Source of the DNA: a virus
Taxonomy: Duplodnaviria; Caudoviricetes
IMG/VR virus record: IMGVR_UViG_3300023174_000207
Span: 1 to 55,497 of that record
DNA length: 55,497 nt
Strand: one strand, 5' to 3'
Below, piece after piece: positions 20,401 to 29,212 of this stretch. Position 1 is the stretch's first letter, and each line of letters opens with the position of its first letter. Made by a program: the position numbers and the translations under genes. The notes under the pieces were generated by a model. That model had not been told where the DNA came from and made no database searches. It worked only from the letters and a program-made list of their open reading frames with translations.

Positions 20401-20710
20401 GTTTTCGTTTAGGCTTGGCTTTATTTACTTTTACTGTATGGTCTGAGTTTCGGCTAAATGATCTGTTTTGACTTGGTGTTTCTATACGGATGTTTTTGCG
20501 ACTGTTGGTGCCGCCTTTAGATAAAGGCTTAATATGCTCAATATCTTTGCCTTCACGCACATCAGCTTTACCATTACCATTTTTATCAACTCCAGTTTTA
20601 TCAACGGCATACCTAGCACGATCACGTGCATTCCTTGTTTCCTGCTCCCCTCGGGCTAGCTGCTGCTGGTATTCCTTCTTGTAGGGGCGGGGTTTGTTCA
20701 CATATGGCAT
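20384..20710 (-). CDS. HNH endonuclease-like protein
   Basis: DIEHIKPLSKGGTNSRKNIRIETPSQNRS. Probable ATG at 20710. Confidence 0.75.
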   Translation of the reverse strand: MPYVNKPRPYKKEYQQQLARGEQETRNARDRARYAVDKTGVDKNGNGKADVREGKDIEHIKPLSKGGTNSRKNIRIETPSQNRSFSRNSDHTVKVNKAKPKRKHGNTR

Positions 20711-20885
20711 AGCGATCTCCTTCTTTACGGAAAAAATAGACTGAACCATCAGCCAATACTACGTATTTTATGTCGCTTTGGGGGTCGTCGCCAAGCATAT
20801 CTTTTAGCATCTGTTCTATCTCTTCTTTAGACATTTGGGTGTCCTCAATGTCGACATTACCTACAAATGGGATTGGTTCAATCAT
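20622..20885 (-). CDS. Hypothetical protein
   Basis: ATG at 20885 after GGGAGAG. Overlaps the HNH gene start. Confidence 0.45.
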   Translation of the reverse strand: MIEPIPFVGNVDIEDTQMSKEEIEQMLKDMLGDDPQSDIKYVVLADGSVYFFRKEGDRYAICEQTPPLQEGIPAAASPRGAGNKECT

Positions 20886-21055
20886 TTTTGTATTCTCTCC
20901 CAAATCTTTGAAATTGGCATCGCTTTAATCTCTTGCCACCCAATATAGGTACAAGCAATCATAATGAACACAAAGAAGGCAAACACCAGCATAAAGATCA
21001 ATATGGCAAACGTAGCCACAAACAAAATCAGTAAGTTAACTATGGTCGTAATCAT
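20882..21055 (-). CDS. Small membrane protein (57 aa, not in ORF track)
   Basis: Manual translation: MITTIVNLLILFVATFAILIFMLVFAFFVFIMIACTYIGWQEIKAMPISKIWERIQK. Coupled to both neighbours. Confidence 0.6.
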   Translation of the reverse strand: MITTIVNLLILFVATFAILIFMLVFAFFVFIMIACTYIGWQEIKAMPISKIWERIQK

Positions 21056-21264
21056 TATATTTTTTCCTGTCCTTCTATTCTTAGTTCAGTCGTTTTAGTT
21101 AAAAAAGATACGCCCGTTACGTTTTCTGCACTGTTGTAAAACACCTCATCAAAAAGTGCGTATAGCTCTTCCCTTGACGCTACAAAAGCATCGGGGGTAT
21201 AAGTGGCAAGTTTTACTGTGTATGTCAACGTTAGTTCTTTGATTTTGTTGTTCATTATCTTCAA
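21055..21264 (-). CDS. Hypothetical protein
   Basis: 69-aa ORF with GGAGG upstream, coupled to neighbours. Confidence 0.55.
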   Translation of the reverse strand: MKIMNNKIKELTLTYTVKLATYTPDAFVASREELYALFDEVFYNSAENVTGVSFLTKTTELRIEGQEKI

Positions 21265-21422
21265 AATGGTGCCTCCTCTAACATAGACAAGTCAATCGGT
21301 TTCTTCTCGCAGCGTAATAGTTTGTACGTCCACCCAACTCTCCCATCGACGATTTGCTTTGCTTCTTCTCGCCTTGAGACCTTTCGCATCAACTCTTGGT
21401 TCTCGTCGTAGACTAGGTACAT
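21261..21422 (-). CDS. Hypothetical protein
   Basis: MYLVYDENQELMRKV...EEAPF with GAGGA upstream. A competing ORF (21292..21531) overlaps it. Confidence 0.45.
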   Translation of the reverse strand: MYLVYDENQELMRKVSRREEAKQIVDGRVGWTYKLLRCEKKPIDLSMLEEAPF

Positions 21423-21503
21423 GTTCAAAATAGTGATCCTCAAACTTAGGTATGTAATATTGGGGCTTTGGTAATAGACGCAGAACTTCGTCAAGCACCT
21501 CAA

Positions 21504-21668
21504 TTACATGCAATTTACGATGCTTCCGCATATTGTGCAGTTAGTTATCTTGCCATCTTTAACAATAGTTACGATCTCACACGGACCGACTTGCGCACAG
21601 ATGTCTTTTGATACAATCATGCTGACGACTACTACCATACCAAGTAACATACCGACTACATATCTCAT
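21504..21668 (-). CDS. Small Cys-rich exported/membrane peptide (54 aa, not in ORF track)
   Basis: Manual translation: MRYVVGMLLGMVVVVSMIVSKDICAQVGPCEIVTIVKDGKITNCTICGSIVNCM. AGGAG RBS and ATGA overlap. Confidence 0.6.
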   Translation of the reverse strand: MRYVVGMLLGMVVVVSMIVSKDICAQVGPCEIVTIVKDGKITNCTICGSIVNCM

Positions 21669-21853
21669 TTTCTTCTCCTTGTTTTGACTGCAACAATCCC
21701 AACTTCAGGCTCTTGTCTATCTTTTGCTTCTAGCATTCCGTCGGCTATTTCCCAAGCTTCTTTAAAATCCCAAACGCTGCCCCTAGAAATTAAACCAAGC
21801 ATTGCAAACCCCGCAAATAAAATGCGCATGTGTTCTTTGTCTTGGTCGTTCAT
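21665..21853 (-). CDS. Hypothetical protein
   Basis: FAGFAMLGL...AWEIADGMLEA, a pattern common in small phage proteins. Confidence 0.6.
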   Translation of the reverse strand: MNDQDKEHMRILFAGFAMLGLISRGSVWDFKEAWEIADGMLEAKDRQEPEVGIVAVKTRRRK

Positions 21854-22524
21854 TTGTAGTGTCCTTTTCCATTGTGCTCACAGTCTTTTACTGGGCAAAA
21901 GCTTCTGCATGTAAAGTTAGGTTTTGCGTTCCACACACCGTTATCATGAGCCGCAGCTAACTTATCTGTTTGTTGAATCCACTGTAACCATTTGTCAGGA
22001 GCATCGTGCTTTATGTAATGTGCTTTAACAAACTCTTCGCATACTAAAAATGCAAGCCCTGCTTTGACCCGCTCAACCAATGGGAAGTGTTTAAATACTG
22101 CAAGTGCCATTAGTTCTAACTGTTTTACGTCGGCATACTGTGCAGACTTACCTGTTTTGTAATCAACAATGTGTGCCAAATCATCTTGAACAATAAGCAA
22201 ATCAGCTACACCTCTGAACCATACGTTCTTGTCAAAGAACCCGCATGGCTCTAGTTCTTCAGTCAAACCCATTTTGTGCTCACAATACTTTCGGCCGGGT
22301 ATAGCCTTAAGAACATCCAATACTGGAGCAATAAATGAGAACTTTTCTGGTACCGGTTCATCGTCTCTGATGTATTTTTCGGCGGCTTCGTGCACCATCT
22401 TGCCGTAAGTTAAATGCTCAGTCTCAGGCTCGACCACATCTTTAGCAACCCGCAAGTGGTAGTACTTTTTAGGGCACTGGTCAAACAGACCGATGGACGA
22501 GTAAGACCAAGTAAAATTAGGCAC
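21850..22524 (-). CDS. PD-(D/E)XK Cas4-like exonuclease
   Basis: WSYSS...QCPKKY, GVADL, VDYKTGKS, QLELMA and a C-terminal CxxC-x-C. Confidence 0.85.
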   Translation of the reverse strand: MPNFTWSYSSIGLFDQCPKKYYHLRVAKDVVEPETEHLTYGKMVHEAAEKYIRDDEPVPEKFSFIAPVLDVLKAIPGRKYCEHKMGLTEELEPCGFFDKNVWFRGVADLLIVQDDLAHIVDYKTGKSAQYADVKQLELMALAVFKHFPLVERVKAGLAFLVCEEFVKAHYIKHDAPDKWLQWIQQTDKLAAAHDNGVWNAKPNFTCRSFCPVKDCEHNGKGHYK

Positions 22525-22717
22525 GTTTCTTTCCCACAGAGTCAATTAAATATTTAGCTAATTTGACACGAATCTCGTCAGTGCTCCCCCAAAGATAGCT
22601 TGTGGTGGTGTAGTGCACAGGTTCAACTTTTAGCGTATCAAGAATAAATTTACTTGTTAATGCAAGTCCTATTTCTTTACTAACTTCGCCAGTAGTTAAA
22701 CAAATTGACTTGTTCAT
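22517..22717 (-). CDS. Hypothetical protein
   Basis: GGAGGA RBS before ATG at 22717. Confidence 0.5.
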   Translation of the reverse strand: MNKSICLTTGEVSKEIGLALTSKFILDTLKVEPVHYTTTSYLWGSTDEIRVKLAKYLIDSVGKKRA

Positions 22718-22896
22718 TATTCCTCCACAGGTATCCACGTTTTTACTGCACCGCCCATTAACTTAATCTCGGCTTGAGCATTCATACAATGGTCGTATGC
22801 TTTTTGAAACTCGTTTGCCACTAAAGCGTTGTGCGCTGCTTTAATCTCTTTAACTGCATGCAAATAAAAATCTGAATATTCCACCTTTTTCTCCAT
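22717..22896 (-). CDS. Hypothetical protein
   Basis: Coupled (TAATG) to the DNA polymerase stop codon. Confidence 0.55.
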   Translation of the reverse strand: MEKKVEYSDFYLHAVKEIKAAHNALVANEFQKAYDHCMNAQAEIKLMGGAVKTWIPVEE

Positions 22897-24725
22897 TAAA
22901 TGTCCCACTTCTCAATAACTTTTTTCTTACCGCAATCGTCGTAACTAACGCCCATACCTAGTTCACAAGCAAGAGGCAAAGTGGTAGCCCAAGAAGGTCG
23001 CCAACGCATACATTCGTTTACGTATAGCAATGCTTCTTTTGCTTCTGCTTCAGGCACTACGCACATTACAGCGTCATGCACCGTTAATACTACCCTATAC
23101 TTCTTTGCAATCCGTAGCATCTGCTCGCCAATAATACAACGAGCAAGTGCTTGGCACAGGTTTTCTACTACTTTACCACCATAAATCTTAATTCGTCCAC
23201 GTCGGCTTGCATACGAGTATTGATCGTCCTGATCTTTTTGTAAGTCAGGGTAGTTTAAATACAACCCGCTTGGGAGTAAAAATCCATTTTCCGTAAGGGC
23301 AAGTGCTTGCGGTTGGCACCCAACTTGCGCAGTTTTTTTAGTTCTGAGCGCATCAAGGGAATTATTAGCTTCCTTCCAAAGTCTAGGGATGTAGGGGTAT
23401 GTATCACGATAGACTTGTATAATCCGAGCCGCTTCCGCATCATCAATTTCCACGCCAAAAGTTTTGAGTTGTACCCCAAACTTGGTAGAACCCATGCCAT
23501 ACCCCGCACCGAGGATTGTCGTCTTACCCACGAACCGCTCGCCATCCGAGATTTCGCTCTGCGTCTTTCCGTAAATAGAAGATGCCATGATTTTGTATAC
23601 ATCTTGTTTGTCCTCAAATGCTTTAACTAAATTGTTTTGCCCTGATAGCCATGCAACTGTGCGTGCTTCAATCTGTGATGAGTCAGCATCAATTAAAACA
23701 AACCCCTGTGGTGCCGTGATTGCATTTTTTAACAGTGATTTTCTTGGAAGGTTTTGAAGGTTAAGCTTATCGTCACCACCCCAACGCCCTGTATGGGCGG
23801 CATAATATCTAAGCGGTACTGGCATTCTCCCTCTTTTAGAGATCGCAATAAAACGTTCCGTTCGGGTTTCTTCAAGGGTAGACTTCGTGCCCAAGCGAGC
23901 AGCAACAATCGCCTGAACTCGTTCATCAGGGTGTTCTGCAAGTTCTTTAAAGCCTTCGTCATTCTTAGCAAAAGCGTAGGTTTGTTTACCATTGGCAGGG
24001 CTTTCTTTCATGGGTGGCTCGACCCCAAGGCTAATTAATAATTCAGCTAACTTGGGGTTACTCATTAGCGTATCTTTATCTGCTATGCAAGCATCAAGTA
24101 ACTTCTCCTTACGAGCTTTTACTTGCATTAAATGTTGCTCAAGCAAAGGAGTGTCTAAAGACAATACTGGTTCCGAGAACATTTTAATTGTCAAGCTTAT
24201 TAACTTTAATTCTTTTGTATTGAAGCGTTCTACCAACACTTTAAATAGTTCGTAAGTTAATTTAACGTCGTTCTTGCAATACTCACCATACTGAAGCAAC
24301 TCGATAGGTAAAAAGTCCACACGTTTTTTACCCTTGGCTTCTACAACTTCAGTGCCTTTTGTGCCAAGGTTGTACCTTTGGGCTAGCTTTCCAAGCGCAT
24401 TACCAGCATCCAAGCCATCTGATGCACGAGCCATAGATAAAGTGTCTAGCCACGCAGTCGGCTTTATGTCAAATACCCAAGACAGTATTGCCGAGTCAAA
24501 CATAGCATTGTGGGCTAGAGCAAAGCAGTTCCAATCAAATTGCAAAAGCCATTCTTTTATCTCTGCATGCGTTCCACTCTTCCATACTGGCTCGTCGTCA
24601 TTAACTTGGACGGCGACTCCAATTACCTCGAACCTGTCGTCACGCACATACTCTTCCGTCGTCAACTTTGTAAGGCTAAAGTCTACGGAGTAATATGTTT
24701 CAAAGTCTAGGGTAAGTATGTTCAC
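22896..24725 (-). CDS. Family A DNA polymerase with 3'-5' exonuclease
   Basis: ExoI DFETY, HNAMFD, motif A DSSQIEAR, motif B RFVGKTTILGAGYG, motif C VHDA. Confidence 0.93.
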   Translation of the reverse strand: MNILTLDFETYYSVDFSLTKLTTEEYVRDDRFEVIGVAVQVNDDEPVWKSGTHAEIKEWLLQFDWNCFALAHNAMFDSAILSWVFDIKPTAWLDTLSMARASDGLDAGNALGKLAQRYNLGTKGTEVVEAKGKKRVDFLPIELLQYGEYCKNDVKLTYELFKVLVERFNTKELKLISLTIKMFSEPVLSLDTPLLEQHLMQVKARKEKLLDACIADKDTLMSNPKLAELLISLGVEPPMKESPANGKQTYAFAKNDEGFKELAEHPDERVQAIVAARLGTKSTLEETRTERFIAISKRGRMPVPLRYYAAHTGRWGGDDKLNLQNLPRKSLLKNAITAPQGFVLIDADSSQIEARTVAWLSGQNNLVKAFEDKQDVYKIMASSIYGKTQSEISDGERFVGKTTILGAGYGMGSTKFGVQLKTFGVEIDDAEAARIIQVYRDTYPYIPRLWKEANNSLDALRTKKTAQVGCQPQALALTENGFLLPSGLYLNYPDLQKDQDDQYSYASRRGRIKIYGGKVVENLCQALARCIIGEQMLRIAKKYRVVLTVHDAVMCVVPEAEAKEALLYVNECMRWRPSWATTLPLACELGMGVSYDDCGKKKVIEKWDI

Positions 24726-25057
24726 TTGATTTCCCCGATAAACGGCATTGTCTTATGACCTTCGTCAACCATGGTTTCAAGTATTTGTCCGTAAGCAAAA
24801 GGTCTTGCTATTTCAATAACATAGCGTCTAAATTTAAAGTATATGGCTAATTTTTCTACTACCGTAAAGTGTCTATACATTGCAAGGTCTCTATGCACAG
24901 TGTCTTTTAACGATGGTGGTAAAAAGTAATCCCATTTTCTAGTGTAGATAAACTCATGAGGGTTGCTGTCCATGCGTTCAAGCAAAAGTTTTACTTGGTC
25001 ATGACATAAAAATTTTAGAAGGTGGCTTGGGTGTAGAAAATGGAGAACTGGTGGCAT
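24722..25057 (-). CDS. Hypothetical protein
   Basis: 111-aa ORF filling the gap between the VRR-NUC and polymerase genes. Confidence 0.55.
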   Translation of the reverse strand: MPPVLHFLHPSHLLKFLCHDQVKLLLERMDSNPHEFIYTRKWDYFLPPSLKDTVHRDLAMYRHFTVVEKLAIYFKFRRYVIEIARPFAYGQILETMVDEGHKTMPFIGEIK

Positions 25058-25059
25058 AG

Positions 25060-25365
25060 TTAGCCTCGCCCATCGCTGTCAAAGGACGCAAAATATAATT
25101 TCAAATCGTCAATCAGTTCTTCGTTAACAACAAAGGATTGACCGCCCGCCCGCCGTATGCGTAGCAGTTCTCGCTCTTGCAATGCGGTTAGTTTGCCCTT
25201 GACGGTCTTGCACTCAATAGCAATGAACGCACCCATGTAGCAACAGATAATATCGGGAACACCACTACGACCATAGCCGTGCGTGGCAGGGAAAAAGTAG
25301 TAGACTCCGTAGTCTTTGAGTATTTTGACGACGGCATCCTTTACCTTTGATTCAGGTGTGGGCAT
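25060..25365 (-). CDS. VRR-NUC nuclease / Holliday junction resolvase-like
   Basis: PESKVK...GVPDII...IECK...TALQ motif. Confidence 0.85.
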   Translation of the reverse strand: MPTPESKVKDAVVKILKDYGVYYFFPATHGYGRSGVPDIICCYMGAFIAIECKTVKGKLTALQERELLRIRRAGGQSFVVNEELIDDLKLYFASFDSDGRG

Positions 25366-25399
25366 GGGTCTTGACTTCCTATTGTGTAATTATTGACAC

Positions 25400-25428
25400 A
25401 GTATAATCCTTAATTACATTTTTGCAAA
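25400..25428 (-). promoter_or_regulatory. Possible sigma70-like promoter for the replication operon
   Basis: Minus strand TTGCAA...TATACT, 16-17 bp spacing, AT-rich upstream. Confidence 0.45.
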
Positions 25429-25456
25429 CTATTTTTATTAGGACAAACCCGAAGTA

Positions 25457-25485
25457 GGACATAGTGTCATTGTGACACTTTGTCC
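25457..25485. repeat. 29-bp palindrome, copy 1
   Basis: GGACATAGTGTCA-TTG-TGACACTTTGTCC. Confidence 0.95.
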
Positions 25486-25487
25486 CA

Positions 25488-25514
25488 TAAAAAAAGCCAC
25501 CCGAAGGTGGCTTG
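25488..25514 (-). terminator. Intrinsic terminator ending the early operon
   Basis: AAGCCACC-cgaa-GGTGGCTT (UUCG loop on the minus strand) followed by a U-tract. Confidence 0.8.
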
Positions 25515-25635
25515 GTGTAGGCTAAAGTAGATTCCGCATCCTACTTGCGGTGTCGGGAGATTGTTGGCTTACGCCTTGACTTGCATCACATCTACTAGGC
25601 TAGCAAGAACAACCATCGGAAATACAATGCTTATT

Positions 25636-26541
25636 CTATTCTTTAAGGTAGAAGTAGGTGTTAGGATACTTCTCCGCCATATACTGCTCAGGCTTGAACA
25701 TAACCCCAAACTGACACATCTCGGCAGATTGAAGAAGTTTGAACACACCTAACTTTGTTTGAAAGTCTGTCGGCATATCGGTAAAACTTTTATACCTAGC
25801 AAGGGTTTTGGTAGCATAACTGTAAATAATGTATGCTCCATCAGGACGCAATAACACACCATAACCTTTGTCATTTTTAATACCATTAACTATTTGTTCG
25901 CTCTCGTAGTAATTAGAACAAGCAGTTAAGTATTTCTTTTGGTCTTTGACTGTGGCTGGTATTACAGGTAATGATATTGTGCTTTCACCTTTAAGCCTAG
26001 CAAGATACCCAAGCAGAGCATAGTTCATGCCTTCACCATCATCGTCAAACGACCAACTAACTTCATGGCGATATTCTCCGTGCAAACTATCAGTCCTATC
26101 ACGGATTGTTTTTGCTATCTCGCCAATTAGTTCTTGGTCTGCTCTACCAATAAATAACTTTTTAATCTTGCGTAGAGCAACTTTAATGTTGCTAGTTACG
26201 GTGGTGTTTTCGTCGCCACGCATTTTACTAATACGAAAGCTACTTACTTCGAATACATCTACCCTGCCACCATTCATGCAACGCTTTCCAACAAACAAAG
26301 AACCAAGTTCCTCACCATTTTCAAAGACTTTGACACCCCTGAATATTGTCTTTTGCTCGTATTTGTCGTCGACTGGTGTATGAATTGTTTCTGTGTAACT
26401 GTGATGGGCATGAGCCACAAAGTTAACTAACGGTTTTGCTAGTTGCACCTGTGCTAGGAAGTCCATCAACTTAGGATTTACTTCCACTTCGTTGTATTTA
26501 GTCGGCAGTTTAGACCTGTCGATTTTAATTATGCTTGTCAT
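25636..26541 (-). CDS. Hypothetical early protein
   Basis: 301-aa ORF with AAGGA RBS. Confidence 0.75.
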   Translation of the reverse strand: MTSIIKIDRSKLPTKYNEVEVNPKLMDFLAQVQLAKPLVNFVAHAHHSYTETIHTPVDDKYEQKTIFRGVKVFENGEELGSLFVGKRCMNGGRVDVFEVSSFRISKMRGDENTTVTSNIKVALRKIKKLFIGRADQELIGEIAKTIRDRTDSLHGEYRHEVSWSFDDDGEGMNYALLGYLARLKGESTISLPVIPATVKDQKKYLTACSNYYESEQIVNGIKNDKGYGVLLRPDGAYIIYSYATKTLARYKSFTDMPTDFQTKLGVFKLLQSAEMCQFGVMFKPEQYMAEKYPNTYFYLKE

Positions 26542-26549
26542 ACATTTCC

Positions 26550-27446
26550 TTAAAAGTTAAATTTAGCTAGGATTGAGTCAACCTTTTGCTTAACTGCTTC
26601 ACGAGCAGTGAACGACTCCCGCAAGTCCGATACATCGTAGCCTTTAATACTTGCTTCAAGCTCGGCACGAGCCAACTCTAGTTTGGGGTCTTGCGTGATG
26701 TTCAAGTGTTTCAACATATTAATAAGCTCGGTAGCGTTATCCATTAGTGAGTCACGGAATATGCGTGGCTTCAGCACAGTCCCATTAGTAAGAGGGTCAT
26801 CGCTTGCAACCTCGTCATACTGAAGTCTGTCACTCATGCGGGTAAGGCAGTCATGCAGTCTAGCCCAAGCGTCACGCATTGCGTTGTTGAGACGCTCTTG
26901 GTATGCTGTGTCACAGTTTGCTAGTATTTCCGCCTTAGCGTCTTCATTTATGTCGATACGGAAATCACCCGCCGTCGGCACAGGGAAGAAGTTATACGAG
27001 AATTTGAATCTGTTCTTCAGCGTATGGACTTCGGGATACTCTGTTCTGTCGAACAAATCACCCAACTGAAAAGCCGCAGCAATAACTAGGTTCGGGTAGG
27101 AGTCAATGAATCTGTCGACTAAAGCCATGTAGTTGGTTTCTAGCACACCCAACTGTTCCTTGTATGCCATGAAGTTAGACATAGGCAGTAAGCGTGAGCC
27201 GTTGTCCGACCAAGGTAGAGTCTGTGCCAAGTGCCATGTTCTAGCACCCGATGCGTATTTGAGGATTGACTCCAACACACCTGTGCCTGCCATAAGGTTC
27301 TTGTTCACATTGACTGTGGATACCTTGGTGTTCTTCGCACTATCTACCTCGGCGGATACCTTCTTGTCCAACTTGCGTGCAGTCCAACTGCTGATACTTA
27401 GTTCGACTAGCACGGCTGATGATGCAATACTTATTGAGTTATTCAT
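26550..27446 (-). CDS. DUF3150-like helical protein linked to the MoxR/vWA module
   Basis: LVELSISSWTARKLD, TLPWSDNG and EYPEV...F motifs. Family assignment is from recollection and needs an HMM check. Confidence 0.55.
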   Translation of the reverse strand: MNNSISIASSAVLVELSISSWTARKLDKKVSAEVDSAKNTKVSTVNVNKNLMAGTGVLESILKYASGARTWHLAQTLPWSDNGSRLLPMSNFMAYKEQLGVLETNYMALVDRFIDSYPNLVIAAAFQLGDLFDRTEYPEVHTLKNRFKFSYNFFPVPTAGDFRIDINEDAKAEILANCDTAYQERLNNAMRDAWARLHDCLTRMSDRLQYDEVASDDPLTNGTVLKPRIFRDSLMDNATELINMLKHLNITQDPKLELARAELEASIKGYDVSDLRESFTAREAVKQKVDSILAKFNF

Positions 27447-27466
27447 TTGTATTCCTTTAGGTTATA

Positions 27467-27495
27467 GGACTTAGTGTCACTCTGACACTTTGTCC
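27467..27495. repeat. 29-bp palindrome, copy 2
   Basis: GGACTTAGTGTCA-CTC-TGACACTTTGTCC. Contains the stop codon of 27477..27686. Confidence 0.95.
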
Positions 27496-27686
27496 CTTTG
27501 TTTATAAAAATCACTGCTTTGGTAAAACTTAACAAGGTGCTGTATTGCTTGAGAATAGGATAAGTTGAACCCTAGGGTTTTACCCATCTCATCTTTTACT
27601 TCTGCGAGCATTGTCACAGTCTCAGGATTAAGACTGATGTTTACTTTGCCATCGCTGGCACGACCTTTCGGTATTTTTGTAGTCAT
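27477..27686 (-). CDS. Ribbon-helix-helix-like DNA-binding protein
   Basis: VNISLNPETVTMLAEVK...SYSQAIQHLV strand-helix-helix pattern. AAGGAG RBS. Confidence 0.55.
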   Translation of the reverse strand: MTTKIPKGRASDGKVNISLNPETVTMLAEVKDEMGKTLGFNLSYSQAIQHLVKFYQSSDFYKQRDKVSE

Positions 27687-27695
27687 GATTTCTCC

Positions 27696-28898
27696 TTATT
27701 CAACATGAACGACTTTACCTACTACTGATTCATTAAAATGATTGTTGCCTTTGATGCACCACAATACAGGTGCTTCGATAGACCAATCGCTTGGGTTTTG
27801 TGATGGAATGTAGCCGTCGGTCAAAATGATTAAGCACTCAGGTTTGATGTCATGCTTTTTCATAAACTTGGGCAAACACGCAGGTTCAGTCCCACCGCCA
27901 CCCGCAGGCTTAGTGGTTTCAACTAGACCCGCAAGTTCATTGTCACGATAGGTTTCCCTTGACGCAACATGGGTGTCCCAATACAGCAGGTCAATCTGTT
28001 CAGGATTTACCTCGTCGCAGATAGACTTCACCTCTGACAAGAACTGACTAAGTTCTTCCCCACCGATAGAGCCTGATGTGTCCACACCGATAGCGATACC
28101 GCCTACCTTTTCAGAATAAGACGATGGCATGATTAAGTCGGCGGCGATATACCGCTTGTGCAATCGTTTCCATGTAGTCTTGTCTTTGCCGTGCATGGCA
28201 GTCTTGACAAAATCACGCAATGCTTCTCGCCAATTTACTTTAGGCACAAGCAAGTCACCCATCTCACGAGATACATTACCGCCCATCTTGCCCACTAGCA
28301 TAGAGCCTTGTCGTAGTGCTGACTCGATTTCCTTGGCAACTTCTTCCTTGTCCTGCTCAGACATATCTTGGGCTTCGTCCCAATCGTGTCCGTCAAGGGA
28401 TTCTTTACCACCACCGCCACCACCACGACCACCTTGTTGTTCTTCCTCAAGGATTTTGAATACTTGCCCTGAGTCCATACCACGAAAGCGTTCATCAATA
28501 AGACCTAGCACATTGCCTTGTGCGTCGGTTGGGAAATCAGTCATATCATTCTCAGGGTCATAGTCCCTGATTTGCAGATTGATAACATAGTCGCAAGCCA
28601 TGTTAGCCAAACGACTGTTCTTCTTATTCAACGGTTGCCACACTACGAGGTGACGATAAGCCTTGTGCATATTCTCATGCAAGATAAGGAAGGCTAGTTG
28701 CTTGTCGTTCAAACTGTCGACAAACTTTCGGTCATACACCACATCAACACCATTGGTTTGAGCCGTGCCACTAGAAGTCTTGTCTCGGACTTCGACCTTG
28801 CCAATCATGAACAAACCTGCAAACAAACAAAAGTTTGGGTGTTTCATAAGTTGCACATGGATTCGTTCAATCCGTTGCTCTGCGGTTAGTTGAGCCAT
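27696..28898 (-). CDS. DUF2201-type metallopeptidase fused to vWA domain
   Basis: HENMH zincin motif, NMACDYVIN, MIDAS VDTSGS, GGGGT and ILTDG. Confidence 0.88.
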   Translation of the reverse strand: MAQLTAEQRIERIHVQLMKHPNFCLFAGLFMIGKVEVRDKTSSGTAQTNGVDVVYDRKFVDSLNDKQLAFLILHENMHKAYRHLVVWQPLNKKNSRLANMACDYVINLQIRDYDPENDMTDFPTDAQGNVLGLIDERFRGMDSGQVFKILEEEQQGGRGGGGGGKESLDGHDWDEAQDMSEQDKEEVAKEIESALRQGSMLVGKMGGNVSREMGDLLVPKVNWREALRDFVKTAMHGKDKTTWKRLHKRYIAADLIMPSSYSEKVGGIAIGVDTSGSIGGEELSQFLSEVKSICDEVNPEQIDLLYWDTHVASRETYRDNELAGLVETTKPAGGGGTEPACLPKFMKKHDIKPECLIILTDGYIPSQNPSDWSIEAPVLWCIKGNNHFNESVVGKVVHVE

Positions 28899-29161
28899 TG
28901 CATTTTCTCCTCGTTAGGTTTAACTTCTACATCTACTTCTTCGCCTTCTCTATCTACATAGTCGCTTACTGCGTTAGCAAATAGTCGAATAGCCTCATGC
29001 GGTGGCACATTGGCATGCCCTAGCATGGTGTTAATAAGCATGGTAAATAACACAGACATGACCATACCTAATTCCATTTCTTCTTTCTCAAAGTAAGAGC
29101 CAAGTGTTTCGGCTATGCTTTCCAACTGCTCTTGCCTTGCTACTACTTCTTCGTCGTTCAT
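28886..29161 (-). CDS. Acidic hypothetical protein
   Basis: 91 aa, Glu-rich, AAAGGA RBS. Sits between the AAA+ and vWA genes. Confidence 0.6.
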   Translation of the reverse strand: MNDEEVVARQEQLESIAETLGSYFEKEEMELGMVMSVLFTMLINTMLGHANVPPHEAIRLFANAVSDYVDREGEEVDVEVKPNEEKMQWLN

Positions 29162-29182
29162 AGTTTTCCTTTAGTTAGGTTG

Positions 29183-29211
29183 GGACAAAGTGTCACGATG
29201 ACACTCTGTCT
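29183..29211. repeat. 29-bp palindrome, copy 3
   Basis: GGACAAAGTGTCA-CGA-TGACACTCTGTCT. Confidence 0.95.
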
Positions 29212-29212
29212 T

